NCBI GenBank assembly: GCA_041181005.1
Contig: JBEGQL010000032.1
Span: forward strand, 13,082-77,081
Source: Actinomycetota bacterium
GTDB taxonomy: Bacteria; Actinomycetota; Acidimicrobiia; Acidimicrobiales; Ilumatobacteraceae
DNA: 64,000 nucleotides
Direction of reading: 5' to 3'
In this document: positions 19,556-29,218 of the stretch, in pieces
Layout of the letters: every line of letters starts with the position of its first letter
Position numbering within the stretch: position 1 is the first letter of the stretch
The notes under the pieces: model-generated
Database searches by the model: none
What the model saw: the letters and a program-made list of their open reading frames with translations, nothing else
What the model was told of the DNA's origin: nothing
Position numbers and translations under genes: made by a program

Positions 19556-21070
19556 ATGACGTCGCGCAAGGTGATGGGGATCGAGACCGAGTACGGGATC
19601 ATCGCACGCAACCTCGACGTCTCGCCGTCCGTTGCGTCGTCGATTCTCGTGAACTCCTACACAGACGACGGGCCCTCGCTGCGTGTGTGGGATTTCGACC
19701 GAGAGACACCGCACGTCGACGCGCGCGACGACGGAGTCGTTGCCGGGACCCACCCGATGGTTGAGCCGATGATGGCGAATGCTGTCCTCCCGAACGGCGC
19801 CAGGTACTACGTCGACCACGCCCACCCCGAGTACTCGACTCCGGAGTGTGCCTCTCCCGGCCAGGCAGTGATCCACGACAGGGCCGGGGAACTCGTCATC
19901 GAGGAGAGCATGCAGCGCGCACGTCTCAGGCTCCCGGAAGGGGCTGAGCTGATTGCCTACAAGAACAACTCGGACGGCAAGGGGAACAGTTACGGCTGCC
20001 ACGAGAACTACCTCGTCCCGAGGGAGGTGCCGTTCGGACGGATCCAGGGAGCAATGCTCGCGCACTTCGTGTCGCGCCAGGTCTTCTGCGGGGCCGGGAA
20101 GGTGGGTGTGGAGGTGCCGCGGCAGGGCGAGAACCGCCCGATGTTCCAGCTCAGCCAGCGTGCTGACTTCTTCGAGGAGGAAGTGGGTCTCGAGACCACC
20201 ATCCGGCGCCCGATCGTGAACACGCGCGACGAGCCGCACGCGAACCCGGCGCTGTACCGGCGGCTCCACGTGATCGCCGGTGACGCGAACATGAGCGAGG
20301 TGGCAACGTGGCTGAAGCTCGGAACCACCGCCCTCGTGCTGTCCTGTCTCGAGGATGATGAGTTCGGGACAGGTCTGGGGCCGGTCGACCCGGTGTCCGC
20401 GGTACGCGCCGTGAGCCACGACATCACGCTGCGTGCCGCCTACGAGTGTCTCGACGGCAGCATGCGCACCGCCCTGGCCGTCCAGGAGGAGATTCTGGCC
20501 AGGGTGACGTCGTGGTTCGGGCGCCAGGATGTGGACCCGCTCGGTGGGGAGGGTCCCGGGGTGCTCGCCGAGTGGTCGCGGACGCTGGAACTTCTCGGCT
20601 CCGATCCTTCGCGGACTGCCGACACCGTCGATTGGGTGGCGAAGCTGCGCATCATCGAGGGCTTTGCCGATCGGCACGGGGCCGACTGGGACGATGCCCG
20701 TCTGCGCGCCGTGGATCTCCAGTACCACGACATGCGTCCCGGACGGGGCCTGGCGCGGAGAGCGAAACTGAGACGGCTGGTTCCCGACGCGGCTGCTGAT
20801 GCAGCGCGCAACGAGCCGCCATCAGGGACACGGGCGTACTTCCGGGGAGCGTGCCTTGCTCGCTGGCCGGACAAGGTCGTGTCGGCCAGCTGGGACGGCA
20901 TCGTGCTGGACACGGCGGCGGGCCTCGTTCGCCTGCCGATGGACGAACCGTTGAAGGGCACCAAGGACCTCGTCGGACGGCTGTTGTCGGCGGCGACCGA
21001 CGTCGACCACCTCGTGGAGATGCTCGGGAGCAGTGCAGTCGTGCCCGTCGAATCCGACCCGGGTTGGTGA
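19556..21070 (+). CDS. dop: Pup deamidase/depupylase Dop
   Basis: [10 protein letters not shown]-terminus and [16 protein letters not shown] typical of the Dop/PafA family; first of two paralogs, upstream of pup; ATG 19556. Confidence 0.92.
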   Translation: MTSRKVMGIETEYGIIARNLDVSPSVASSILVNSYTDDGPSLRVWDFDRETPHVDARDDGVVAGTHPMVEPMMANAVLPNGARYYVDHAHPEYSTPECASPGQAVIHDRAGELVIEESMQRARLRLPEGAELIAYKNNSDGKGNSYGCHENYLVPREVPFGRIQGAMLAHFVSRQVFCGAGKVGVEVPRQGENRPMFQLSQRADFFEEEVGLETTIRRPIVNTRDEPHANPALYRRLHVIAGDANMSEVATWLKLGTTALVLSCLEDDEFGTGLGPVDPVSAVRAVSHDITLRAAYECLDGSMRTALAVQEEILARVTSWFGRQDVDPLGGEGPGVLAEWSRTLELLGSDPSRTADTVDWVAKLRIIEGFADRHGADWDDARLRAVDLQYHDMRPGRGLARRAKLRRLVPDAAADAARNEPPSGTRAYFRGACLARWPDKVVSASWDGIVLDTAAGLVRLPMDEPLKGTKDLVGRLLSAATDVDHLVEMLGSSAVVPVESDPGW

Positions 21071-21124
21071 CCGACGGCGGACCGGGATGTGTCCCCAATG
21101 CTGACGTTCGGTACCGTTGGGCAC

Positions 21125-21316
21125 ATGCAGGAGCGGGTGCAGAAGGGCCGGGAGGCCGGTTCGCGTACGGAGGACGCAGTCGGGGGGGCACACTCGACCG
21201 TGAGGGGCGATCAGATCAAGTCCGATCTCGATGACATCCTCGACGAGATCGACGAGGTGCTCGAGGAGAACGCCGAGGAGTTCGTCCGCAACTACGTCCA
21301 GAAAGGCGGACAGTAG
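21125..21316 (+). CDS. pup: prokaryotic ubiquitin-like protein Pup
   Basis: 63 aa ending DEIDEVLEENAEEFVRNYVQKGGQ; C-terminal GGQ. Confidence 0.92.
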   Translation: MQERVQKGREAGSRTEDAVGGAHSTVRGDQIKSDLDDILDEIDEVLEENAEEFVRNYVQKGGQ

Positions 21317-22096
21317 ATGGGTCTGCCGCTCTTCGGCCCCGTCGACGATCCCGGTCCGAGTTTTGTCGGACTGTTGCGGTCTGCAGGTCTGTCGCCGTTC
21401 GTCGAGTCCGCCGGTGACGTGGTGGTGCCGCACGGCACCACATGCGTCGCGATGCGGTTCGGCGGGGGCGTTCTCGTCGCCGGCGACCGCAGGGCCACGT
21501 CAGGGAACCTGATTCGCCACCGGACGATGGAGAAAGTCGTCCAGGCCGACAGTCACAGTGCCGTTGCCATCGCCGGCGCCGCCGGTCCGGCCGTTGCCAT
21601 GATCCGGTTGTTCCAGCTCGAGCTCGAGCACTACGAGAAGATGGAGGGTCACCCCCTCACCCTCGAGGGCAAGGCGAACCGCCTCAGCGCGATGGTCCGG
21701 GAGAACCTCCCCGCGGCCATGAACGGTCTGGGTGTGGTGCCATTGTTCGCAGGTTTCGAGACACGGGACGGCACGGGCCACATCTGGGACTTCGACATGA
21801 CCGGAGGTCGGTACGAAGAGACTGACTTCGTGGCAATCGGGAGCGGGATGCTGCACGCGGGAACGGTGGTGAAGGTCGGCTGGAGGAGCACGCTGGACCG
21901 TGACGGAGCGGTCAGGCTCGCATGCCGCGCGCTGTGGGAGGCCGCCGATGCGGACTCCGCGACCGGCGGCCCGGACATGCTCCGCGGTGTGTTCCCGGTG
22001 GTTGCGACGATCACTGCAGACGGCTGGGCCGAGGTGGGGGACGAGGAGCTCCGCGCCGTGTTCACCACGATCGAGGACGAGGAGCGCGCGAGATGA
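21317..22096 (+). CDS. prcB: proteasome subunit beta
   Basis: Propeptide then HG/TTCVA processing site, Ntn-hydrolase fold motifs; ATG directly follows pup TAG. Confidence 0.93.
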   Translation: MGLPLFGPVDDPGPSFVGLLRSAGLSPFVESAGDVVVPHGTTCVAMRFGGGVLVAGDRRATSGNLIRHRTMEKVVQADSHSAVAIAGAAGPAVAMIRLFQLELEHYEKMEGHPLTLEGKANRLSAMVRENLPAAMNGLGVVPLFAGFETRDGTGHIWDFDMTGGRYEETDFVAIGSGMLHAGTVVKVGWRSTLDRDGAVRLACRALWEAADADSATGGPDMLRGVFPVVATITADGWAEVGDEELRAVFTTIEDEERAR

Positions 22097-22767
22097 GCAT
22101 GCCCTTCTATGTTCCGCCGGAGCAGTTCCTCAAGGACCGCGCGGACTTCGCGCGCAAGGGGATCTCGCGGGGCAGGACCCTCATTGCTGCCGGCTGTGCA
22201 GAGGGAATCCTCGTGGTCGCCGAGAATCCCTCGACGACACTCCGCAAGATCAGCGAGATCTACGACCGGATCGCCTTCGCCGGGGTCGGAAAGTACAACG
22301 AGTACGACAGCCTGCGGATGGCGGGCGTCCGCCAGGCGGACCTGCAGGGCTACCAGTTCTCACGCCGCGACGTCGATGCCCGACGGCTCGCGAACCTGTA
22401 CGCACAGGTGCTCGCGCACGAGTTCACCGCCGGCCCGAAGCCCCTCGAGGTGGAGATTCTCGTCGCAGAGGTGGGGGAGGCACGCGACGACGACCGGCTG
22501 TACCGCATCTCCTACGACGGCACGGTGATGGACGAAGACGGGTTGTGCATCCTCGGCGGCGACACTGAGGCGGTCGCGGCAAGGTGCGCCGGCTGGCAGC
22601 ACGACGACACCCTCGCAGGACTTCTCAAGGCAGCGGTTGCGGCACTTTCGGGCCCGGAACGGTCCCTGGCTGCTGTCGATCTCGAGGTTGCGATCCTGGC
22701 CCGCAACGGCCGCAGGCGCTGTTTCAGTCGACTCGAGGAGCCGTCGGTCACCCAGATGCTCGGCTGA
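22093..22767 (+). CDS. prcA: proteasome subunit alpha
   Basis: [25 protein letters not shown]-terminus characteristic of actinobacterial PrcA; ATGA overlap with prcB. Confidence 0.93.
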   Translation: MSMPFYVPPEQFLKDRADFARKGISRGRTLIAAGCAEGILVVAENPSTTLRKISEIYDRIAFAGVGKYNEYDSLRMAGVRQADLQGYQFSRRDVDARRLANLYAQVLAHEFTAGPKPLEVEILVAEVGEARDDDRLYRISYDGTVMDEDGLCILGGDTEAVAARCAGWQHDDTLAGLLKAAVAALSGPERSLAAVDLEVAILARNGRRRCFSRLEEPSVTQMLG

Positions 22768-24128
22768 TGGACCGCCGCATCTACGGGATAGAGACCGAGT
22801 ACGGGATCACGTGCACGCTGCGCGGCCAGAGGCGTCTCACGCCCGACGAGGTCGCCCGCTATCTCTTCCGCAGCGTGGTCCAGTGGGGCCGCTCCTCGAA
22901 CGTCTTTCTCGACAACGGGGGACGCCTGTACCTCGATGTCGGTTCGCACCCGGAGTTCGCCACGCCCGAATGCGACTCGGTCGCAGAGGTCTGCCTGTAC
23001 GAGATGGCCGGCAACAGGATCCTGAACGACCTGGTGTCGGGTGCCGAGTCGCGCATGCGCGAGGAAGGCATCCGCGGAACGGTCTATCTGTTCAAGAACA
23101 ACACTGACAGTGCGGGCAACAGCTACGGCTGCCACGAGAACTTTCTCACCGGACGTGACAACGATGCCAGGCACGAGAGCGTCCTCATTCCCTTTCTCGT
23201 GGCACGTCAGCTGCTCTGCGGTGCAGGAAAGATCGTCTCCACGTCGAAGGGGCCGGTATTCGCACTGTCCCAACGCGCGGAACACATCTGGGAGGGGGTC
23301 TCATCGGCCACAACGCGGTCACGCCCGATCATCAACACGCGGGACGAGCCCCACGCCGACGGCGAGCTGTACCGACGCTTGCACGTCATCGTCGGCGACT
23401 CGAACATGGCGGCCGACTCCAATCTGCTCAAGATGGGGACCGCTGCCGTCGTGCTGCGGATGCTCGAGGACGACACCACGGTCCTGCGCGACCTCACTCT
23501 CGAGAGTCCCATCAGGGCGATCCGTGAGATCAGCATGGACATCACGGGTCGTCGCCCCGTGAGGCTCGCGAACGGCAAGGAAATGAGCGCCCTCGACATC
23601 CTGTCCTGTCTTGCCGAGGCGGCTGTCAGGTTCCGGGACGCCCGTGGGCTCCCGGACGAGGAGTCACGCATGCTCGACCTCTGGTTGGGGACACTCGTCG
23701 ACGTCTCAGCCGGTCCGGGGCGGGTGGAGCGACGCCTCGACTGGGCCATCAAGCACAGGATCGTCTCGGCATTCGCCGATCGACACGGTCTTGCTCTCGA
23801 TGACCCGAGGGTGCAGGCCCTCGAGCTGCAGTACCACGACATCAACGAGCACAGAGGTGTGTACCACCGGCTCCGGGCCGCCGGCCAGGTGGAAGCATCG
23901 TGGTCGCCTGCGCCCGGCGAGGTGGACCACGCAGTGACCAACGCCCCGCCTGGAACCCGTGCCCATCTCCGTGGGCGGTTCATCAAGGCTGCGAAGGCAA
24001 AGTCACGCGACTACACGGTGGACTGGGTCCATCTCAAGATCAATGACCAGGCACAGCGGACAGTGGCCTGCAAGGATCCGTTCCGGAGCGTCGACGAACG
24101 GGTCGACAAGCTCATCTCGTCGCTGTGA
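22767..24128 (+). CDS. pafA: Pup--protein ligase PafA
   Basis: [30 protein letters not shown]; second Dop/PafA paralog, downstream of prcA; TGATG overlap with prcA. Confidence 0.92.
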   Translation: MDRRIYGIETEYGITCTLRGQRRLTPDEVARYLFRSVVQWGRSSNVFLDNGGRLYLDVGSHPEFATPECDSVAEVCLYEMAGNRILNDLVSGAESRMREEGIRGTVYLFKNNTDSAGNSYGCHENFLTGRDNDARHESVLIPFLVARQLLCGAGKIVSTSKGPVFALSQRAEHIWEGVSSATTRSRPIINTRDEPHADGELYRRLHVIVGDSNMAADSNLLKMGTAAVVLRMLEDDTTVLRDLTLESPIRAIREISMDITGRRPVRLANGKEMSALDILSCLAEAAVRFRDARGLPDEESRMLDLWLGTLVDVSAGPGRVERRLDWAIKHRIVSAFADRHGLALDDPRVQALELQYHDINEHRGVYHRLRAAGQVEASWSPAPGEVDHAVTNAPPGTRAHLRGRFIKAAKAKSRDYTVDWVHLKINDQAQRTVACKDPFRSVDERVDKLISSL

Positions 24129-24193
24129 CGGATCCGTCCATCGTTCCCGTGCGCCTGCTCATCGGCTGTTCCGTCAAGTAGCGTCGACAATCT

Positions 24194-24784
24194 GTGGAGA
24201 ACGACGTGAGCCGGGACGAGCCGGAGGGGCGCACCGCGAAAGTTCTGCGCGACTGGCTCGTGGTGCTCGCCGTGGCCCTCGGCGCGGCGTTCACCGTGAG
24301 GCTGTGGGTGCTCCAGCAGTTCTACATCAGCGGTCCCTCCATGGAGACGACGCTGTACACCAACGACCGTGTCCTCGTGAACAAGTTGAGTTACCGCCTG
24401 CATGCCGTGCACAGAGGTGACGTGGTGGTGTTCGACCGTGTCACCCGGAACGGAAATGAGGTCGCCCACGACGACCTCATCAAGCGAGTGATTGCACTGG
24501 GTGGGGAGACGATCGAGATCCGTGGCTGCACCGTGTTCATCGACGGCCGTGCACTGGAGGAGCCGTACCTCCCCTCACGCGACACGTCGCGGGGCACGCC
24601 TGCCGAGCGTTGCAGGGTCGAGAACATGCGACGCACGATCGTGCCGAAGGCGCATGTGTTCGTCATGGGGGACAACCGCCCGGAAAGCTTCGACAGCAGG
24701 TCCTTCGGTTCGATACCCGAATCCTTGATCGTGGGGCGGGCGTTCGCCGTGGTGTGGCCCATCGGCTCGGCCGGGGGGCTCTAG
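24194..24784 (+). CDS. lepB: signal peptidase I
   Basis: GPSMETTL (catalytic Ser box), IKRVIALGGE (Lys box), GDNRPESFDSR. Confidence 0.88.
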   Translation: MENDVSRDEPEGRTAKVLRDWLVVLAVALGAAFTVRLWVLQQFYISGPSMETTLYTNDRVLVNKLSYRLHAVHRGDVVVFDRVTRNGNEVAHDDLIKRVIALGGETIEIRGCTVFIDGRALEEPYLPSRDTSRGTPAERCRVENMRRTIVPKAHVFVMGDNRPESFDSRSFGSIPESLIVGRAFAVVWPIGSAGGL

Positions 24785-25491
24785 ACGCTTCCACCCGCCG
24801 GCGGGGCGCCCACAACGTCGCGGAAACAATCCACGAGCAGGTCGACCCTGTCGCCGTAGACGGCGTCGATTCCCATTGCGAGAACGGCGGACACATGCTC
24901 GGCGTGCTGGGCATCCCATGCGAATGCCTTTATGCCGAACCTGTGGCACAGGACCACGGTGCCGCCGTTCCATTCGCTGTGATGAAGATTGAGGGTGCCG
25001 ATTCCCTCCTCGCGCAGGGTCACGCAATGCATCTCCACCCCGGACTTGAGACGCGAGGTTCGGGTCGAGTGAACGAGGTTCACACCCGGCATCGTGGCCC
25101 TGCAGCCCAGGAGCACCTCTGTGTCCGGACTGCACAGCCACAGCCTCTCGGTCGGGAAGCCCGCCTCCGACGCGGCACGGGCGATTCCCGGCGCCGCCGC
25201 TGGGTCCTTCAGGTCGATGCTCAAGTGAAAATCGCTTCCCATCTCCGCAAAGAATCCCGGAAGCGCCGGAACATGGCCGGGAAGTGACGAGAGGTCGACA
25301 TCCTTGATGCGTCGTCTGCGGAGCCCGCGTCCGACGGTCCCGTCATGGTCGAGCACCACGTGTCCGTCGCGGGTGAGCCAGGCATCCGTCTCTAGGCCGC
25401 TCGCACCGAGGCGGAGTGCCAACCTGAATGCCTCCAGGGTGTTCTCGGGTGCGTGGGCCCGGGCACCCCTGTGGGCGAAGGCAATCGGCAT
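24781..25491 (-). CDS. glycerophosphodiester phosphodiesterase family protein
   Basis: IAFAHRGARAHAPENTLEAF, LETDAWLTRDGHVVLDHD; ATG 25491 or GTG 25521; stop shares CTAG with lepB stop. Confidence 0.8.
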   Translation of the reverse strand: MPIAFAHRGARAHAPENTLEAFRLALRLGASGLETDAWLTRDGHVVLDHDGTVGRGLRRRRIKDVDLSSLPGHVPALPGFFAEMGSDFHLSIDLKDPAAAPGIARAASEAGFPTERLWLCSPDTEVLLGCRATMPGVNLVHSTRTSRLKSGVEMHCVTLREEGIGTLNLHHSEWNGGTVVLCHRFGIKAFAWDAQHAEHVSAVLAMGIDAVYGDRVDLLVDCFRDVVGAPPAGGSV

Positions 25492-25545
25492 CTCCAGCAG
25501 GGAGGGGTGACGCTGGCGCACGTCGGGAGCCTATGCGTCGTTCCT

Positions 25546-25905
25546 ATGCTGGATCACGTGTTCAACCTCTCCGGCAGCGAGATTGTGTTCCTCCTCGTCG
25601 CCGGGCTCGTGGTTCTCGGACCCGAGCGCCTGCCGGGTGTCATCCGCGGGATCGGTCGGACGTACGGCGAACTCCGCCGAATGGCCCGTTCGTTCGAGAC
25701 AGAGATGCAAGGCACCTTCGGGGAACCGATCCGCGACCTCAAGACGGTTGCACGCGACATCACCGCAGGCTTCGGTGCGGTCGACAACGAGCCGTCCCCG
25801 CCGATGAGACCCGAGCAGAGCGTGCTTCCGCCCGCACAACCCCCCGGGGATGCACATGCCGTCGAGCCCGGACAGGGTGGTGCAGACGATGTCGACCGTC
25901 CCTGA
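25546..25905 (+). CDS. tatB: twin-arginine translocase TatA/TatB family protein (TatB-like)
   Basis: N-terminal TM plus amphipathic helix: SGSEIVFLLVAGLVVLGPERLPGVIRGIG; ATG 25546. Confidence 0.75.
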   Translation: MLDHVFNLSGSEIVFLLVAGLVVLGPERLPGVIRGIGRTYGELRRMARSFETEMQGTFGEPIRDLKTVARDITAGFGAVDNEPSPPMRPEQSVLPPAQPPGDAHAVEPGQGGADDVDRP

Positions 25906-26641
25906 TTCTGCGATGCCGGTGATGGATCACCTGCGCGAGCTGCGCTCGCGGATGATTCGCTGTCTCCTGGCGGTCGCGGCCGGGATGCTGCTTCTCCTGG
26001 CTTTCTACGACCCGGTCAAGGACTTCCTCACCGAGCCGTACGTCAGACTGTGCGCACAACGTCCCGATTTCGGCTGCGACGGGTCCCTCTATGCACTAGG
26101 ACCGTTGGATGGCTTCGCGGCGCGCCTGCGGATCAGCACCTACGGCGGTCTGGTGGGTGCATTTCCCGTCATTCTGTGGCAGGTGTGGCGGTTCATCGTT
26201 CCGGCACTCGAGAGGCGGGAGAAGCGGTACGCCGTGCCATTCATCCTGTCGACTGTCGTTCTCTTCGCCGCCGGTGGTGCGCTCGCATACTGGACCCTCG
26301 ACAAGGCACTCGAGTTCCTGATCTCGTGGGCCGGTCACGACGTGAACCAGGCCTTCCAGGTGACCCGCTACGTGCAGTTGGTCGTTCTCATGATGCTCGC
26401 GTTCGGCATCGGCTTCCTCAGCCCGGTCCTCATCGTCTTTCTCCAGCTCGTCGGGGCGGTGAGGCCGCGTACGTTGCTCCAGAAATGGAGGTTCGCGGTG
26501 ATGGGCATTTTCGTCGTCGCCGCCGTGATCACACCGTCGGGTGACCCGATCTCCCTCCTGGCACTCGCGGTGCCGATGTCGGTCATGTACGGTCTCGCCG
26601 TACTCATCGGGTGGTTGCTCGTCCGCAAGAGACCCGTGTGA
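25889..26641 (+). CDS. tatC: twin-arginine translocase subunit TatC
   Basis: DHLRELRSRMIRCL start and six TM segments; start ATG 25889 or 25913. Confidence 0.9.
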   Translation: MSTVPDSAMPVMDHLRELRSRMIRCLLAVAAGMLLLLAFYDPVKDFLTEPYVRLCAQRPDFGCDGSLYALGPLDGFAARLRISTYGGLVGAFPVILWQVWRFIVPALERREKRYAVPFILSTVVLFAAGGALAYWTLDKALEFLISWAGHDVNQAFQVTRYVQLVVLMMLAFGIGFLSPVLIVFLQLVGAVRPRTLLQKWRFAVMGIFVVAAVITPSGDPISLLALAVPMSVMYGLAVLIGWLLVRKRPV

Positions 26642-29193
26642 GAACACCCCGCGACACCTTCGTCCTTTCACTCGGTTTCGAGCCGGACGCGTTCCAGTTG
26701 AGAGCGATGGATTCCCTCGATGCGGGGGCGTCCGTTCTGGTTGCGGCGCCCACTGGCTCGGGAAAGACACTCGTGGCCGAATACGCGGTGCACCGCGCCG
26801 TGGGGGAGAACAAGCGTGCGTTCTACACGGCGCCGATCAAGGCGCTGTCGAACCAGAAGTACAGGGACCTGTGCGCGCTCTGGGGTGCAGAGAATGTCGG
26901 GCTTCTCACGGGCGACAACGCGGTGAATGCTGGTGCGCCGGTTGTCGTGATGACCACCGAGGTGCTGCGCAACATGATCTACTCCTCATCCGCCGGACTT
27001 GAGCACCTCGGCGCGGTGATCCTCGACGAGGTTCACTTCCTGCAGGACGAGTACCGCGGACCGGTGTGGGAGGAGGTCATCATTCACCTCGACCCGGAGG
27101 TGCAGCTGGTCTGCCTGTCGGCGACGGTCTCCAACGCCGAGGAGGTGGGCGAGTGGCTCACCACCGTCAGGGGGCGAACGGACGTGGTCGTGGAGTCACG
27201 GCGGCCGGTCGAGCTCGTCACGCACCATGCAATGTTCGACCGGGAGGCCCGTCGCGTCGTGATGCACGAGACGATCGTGAACGGATCACCCAACCGTGGG
27301 CTGGAGAGGACACTCGCCCGTTCCCGAGAGGGGAGCAGCCAGCGTGGTCCGCACCGGCGCAGGTTCTCCGTTCCCGACCGCACCGAGACGGTTGAGCTCC
27401 TCGACGACAACGGCATGCTTCCGGCGATCATCTTCATCTTCAGCAGGGCGCAGTGCGAGGATGCAGTGAGGAGCTGCGTCAACGCGGGGATGGTGCTCAC
27501 GACGCTCGAGGAAGAGGACGAGATACGTGCGATAGTCGAGCGTCACGCCGAACCCTTGCTGGCATCCGACAGGGAGGCTCTCGACTACGAGGGTTTCCTC
27601 GACGACATCGGAACGGGCGTGGCATGCCACCACGCGGGAATGGTGCCCCTGTTCAAGGAGGCAGTCGAGGAGTGCTTCGTGAAGGGACTCGTGAAGGTCG
27701 TCTTTGCCACCGAGACGCTCGCAGTCGGCATCAACATGCCTGCCCGGGCAGTCGTCATCGAGAAGCTCACGAAATACACGGGTGAACACCACGTTCTCCT
27801 CCGGGCCTCGGAGTACACGCAGCTCACGGGTCGTGCGGGCCGCCGCGGACTGGACGACATCGGTCATGCGGTCACTCTCTGGAACCCGTACGTGACGTTC
27901 GAGCAGACCGCAGCGCTGGCCCTCAGCAGGTCGTTCCGTCTCGTGTCGGCCTTCCGTCCCACCTCGAACATGGTTGCGAACATGGTGAGGCGCCATTCCC
28001 GTGACGAGGCAATGCACCTCCTGAACCTCTCGTTCGCGCAGTTCCAGGCAGACCGTGACGTGGTGACGTCCGAGGCCGTGCTCGAGAGGAAACGACGGGA
28101 CCTCCGTCGCCTCGAGACCGGGGCCGGTGCACCGCACGGACCCGGCGCCGCCGAGGGGCGGATCTCCGGTGACCCGTCGGGTGAGGATGGAGCCAGCGAG
28201 ACGGAGGCCGAGATCGCCCTCCGGGGCCTGCGGCCGGGGGACGTCGTCATCTTCGATTGCTCGAACATCCGCGGCCGCGGTCTCGTTGTGTCCACGTCCT
28301 CCCGCAGGCACGGCACGAGGCTGAACGTCCTGACGCCGTCGCGCAAGCAGATCGAGGTGACGGCACGCGACGTGCTGTCGATTCCGGAGCGGGCGACGAC
28401 AGTCGAGTTGCCTGTGCCGTTCGACCCCGGCCGGGCAGAGTTCGTGAGGGAGGCAACTGCGCGCCTCGTGAAGGCGAAAGTCGGTGATGTTGCGGCTTCC
28501 CGGCCTGTCCGCGGCGCGATGCGGCGCAACGGCGAGCGTGACGCCGGTGAGCGCAGCATCAAGCGTCTGAGGCGCGAGATCTCGCAGCTGGAGCAGCGCT
28601 CGGTCACACGGGCCGGCTCGGTTGCAGCGAGATTCGGGGATGTTGCGGACATGCTGGGGGATCTCGGCTACCTGTCGGGGTGGGATCTCACCGCAAAAGG
28701 TCGGCTCCTGTGCGGGATCTTCCACGAGTCCGACCTGCTCGTTGCTGAGGCTGTCTCCGGGAGGATTCTCGCAGGCCTGTCGCCACGCGACCTCGTGGCC
28801 GTGGTGTCCTGCCTCGTCTATGAGCCCCGGGCAGGCCAGGCGACATCGGTGAGGTGGCCGAACGAGACCGTGCGTGCCAGGTTCAGGCAGCTGTCCAGGC
28901 TCAGCACACGTCTGGCGGACGCGGAGGCAGCGCGGGGCATCCAGGTTCACCGCGAACCCCACGCCGGCTTCGCCATGGACGCCGCTCTGTGGGCCTCCGG
29001 GCGACCGCTGTCGGACATCGTCGACCCCGAGATGACCCCCGGGGATTTCGTGCGCACAGTCCGGCAGATGATCGATCTTCTGCGCCAGCTCGAGACGGTG
29101 GCCGTGGCGCCCGATGATGCACGCGCCGCACATGACGCGGTCGCGATGCTCAATCGCGGCGTGATTCTTGCTGTATCGGGCGGTGCCTCGTGA
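26638..29193 (+). CDS. helY: Ski2-like DEVH-box RNA helicase HelY
   Basis: AAPTGSGKT, DEVH, SAT, HHAGM motifs; follows tatC as in mycobacteria; GTGA overlap with tatC stop. Confidence 0.88.
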   Translation: MRTPRDTFVLSLGFEPDAFQLRAMDSLDAGASVLVAAPTGSGKTLVAEYAVHRAVGENKRAFYTAPIKALSNQKYRDLCALWGAENVGLLTGDNAVNAGAPVVVMTTEVLRNMIYSSSAGLEHLGAVILDEVHFLQDEYRGPVWEEVIIHLDPEVQLVCLSATVSNAEEVGEWLTTVRGRTDVVVESRRPVELVTHHAMFDREARRVVMHETIVNGSPNRGLERTLARSREGSSQRGPHRRRFSVPDRTETVELLDDNGMLPAIIFIFSRAQCEDAVRSCVNAGMVLTTLEEEDEIRAIVERHAEPLLASDREALDYEGFLDDIGTGVACHHAGMVPLFKEAVEECFVKGLVKVVFATETLAVGINMPARAVVIEKLTKYTGEHHVLLRASEYTQLTGRAGRRGLDDIGHAVTLWNPYVTFEQTAALALSRSFRLVSAFRPTSNMVANMVRRHSRDEAMHLLNLSFAQFQADRDVVTSEAVLERKRRDLRRLETGAGAPHGPGAAEGRISGDPSGEDGASETEAEIALRGLRPGDVVIFDCSNIRGRGLVVSTSSRRHGTRLNVLTPSRKQIEVTARDVLSIPERATTVELPVPFDPGRAEFVREATARLVKAKVGDVAASRPVRGAMRRNGERDAGERSIKRLRREISQLEQRSVTRAGSVAARFGDVADMLGDLGYLSGWDLTAKGRLLCGIFHESDLLVAEAVSGRILAGLSPRDLVAVVSCLVYEPRAGQATSVRWPNETVRARFRQLSRLSTRLADAEAARGIQVHREPHAGFAMDAALWASGRPLSDIVDPEMTPGDFVRTVRQMIDLLRQLETVAVAPDDARAAHDAVAMLNRGVILAVSGGAS

Positions 29194-29218
29194 CGCCGTT
29201 GTCGGCGCAGGTGCGCGC

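Noticed and set aside
24127-24138. Perfect 12-bp palindrome GACGGATCCGTC just after pafA
   Set aside because: It overlaps the pafA stop codon. There is no loop for a hairpin and no flanking U tract. A single 12-mer palindrome can occur by chance, so no function can be argued.
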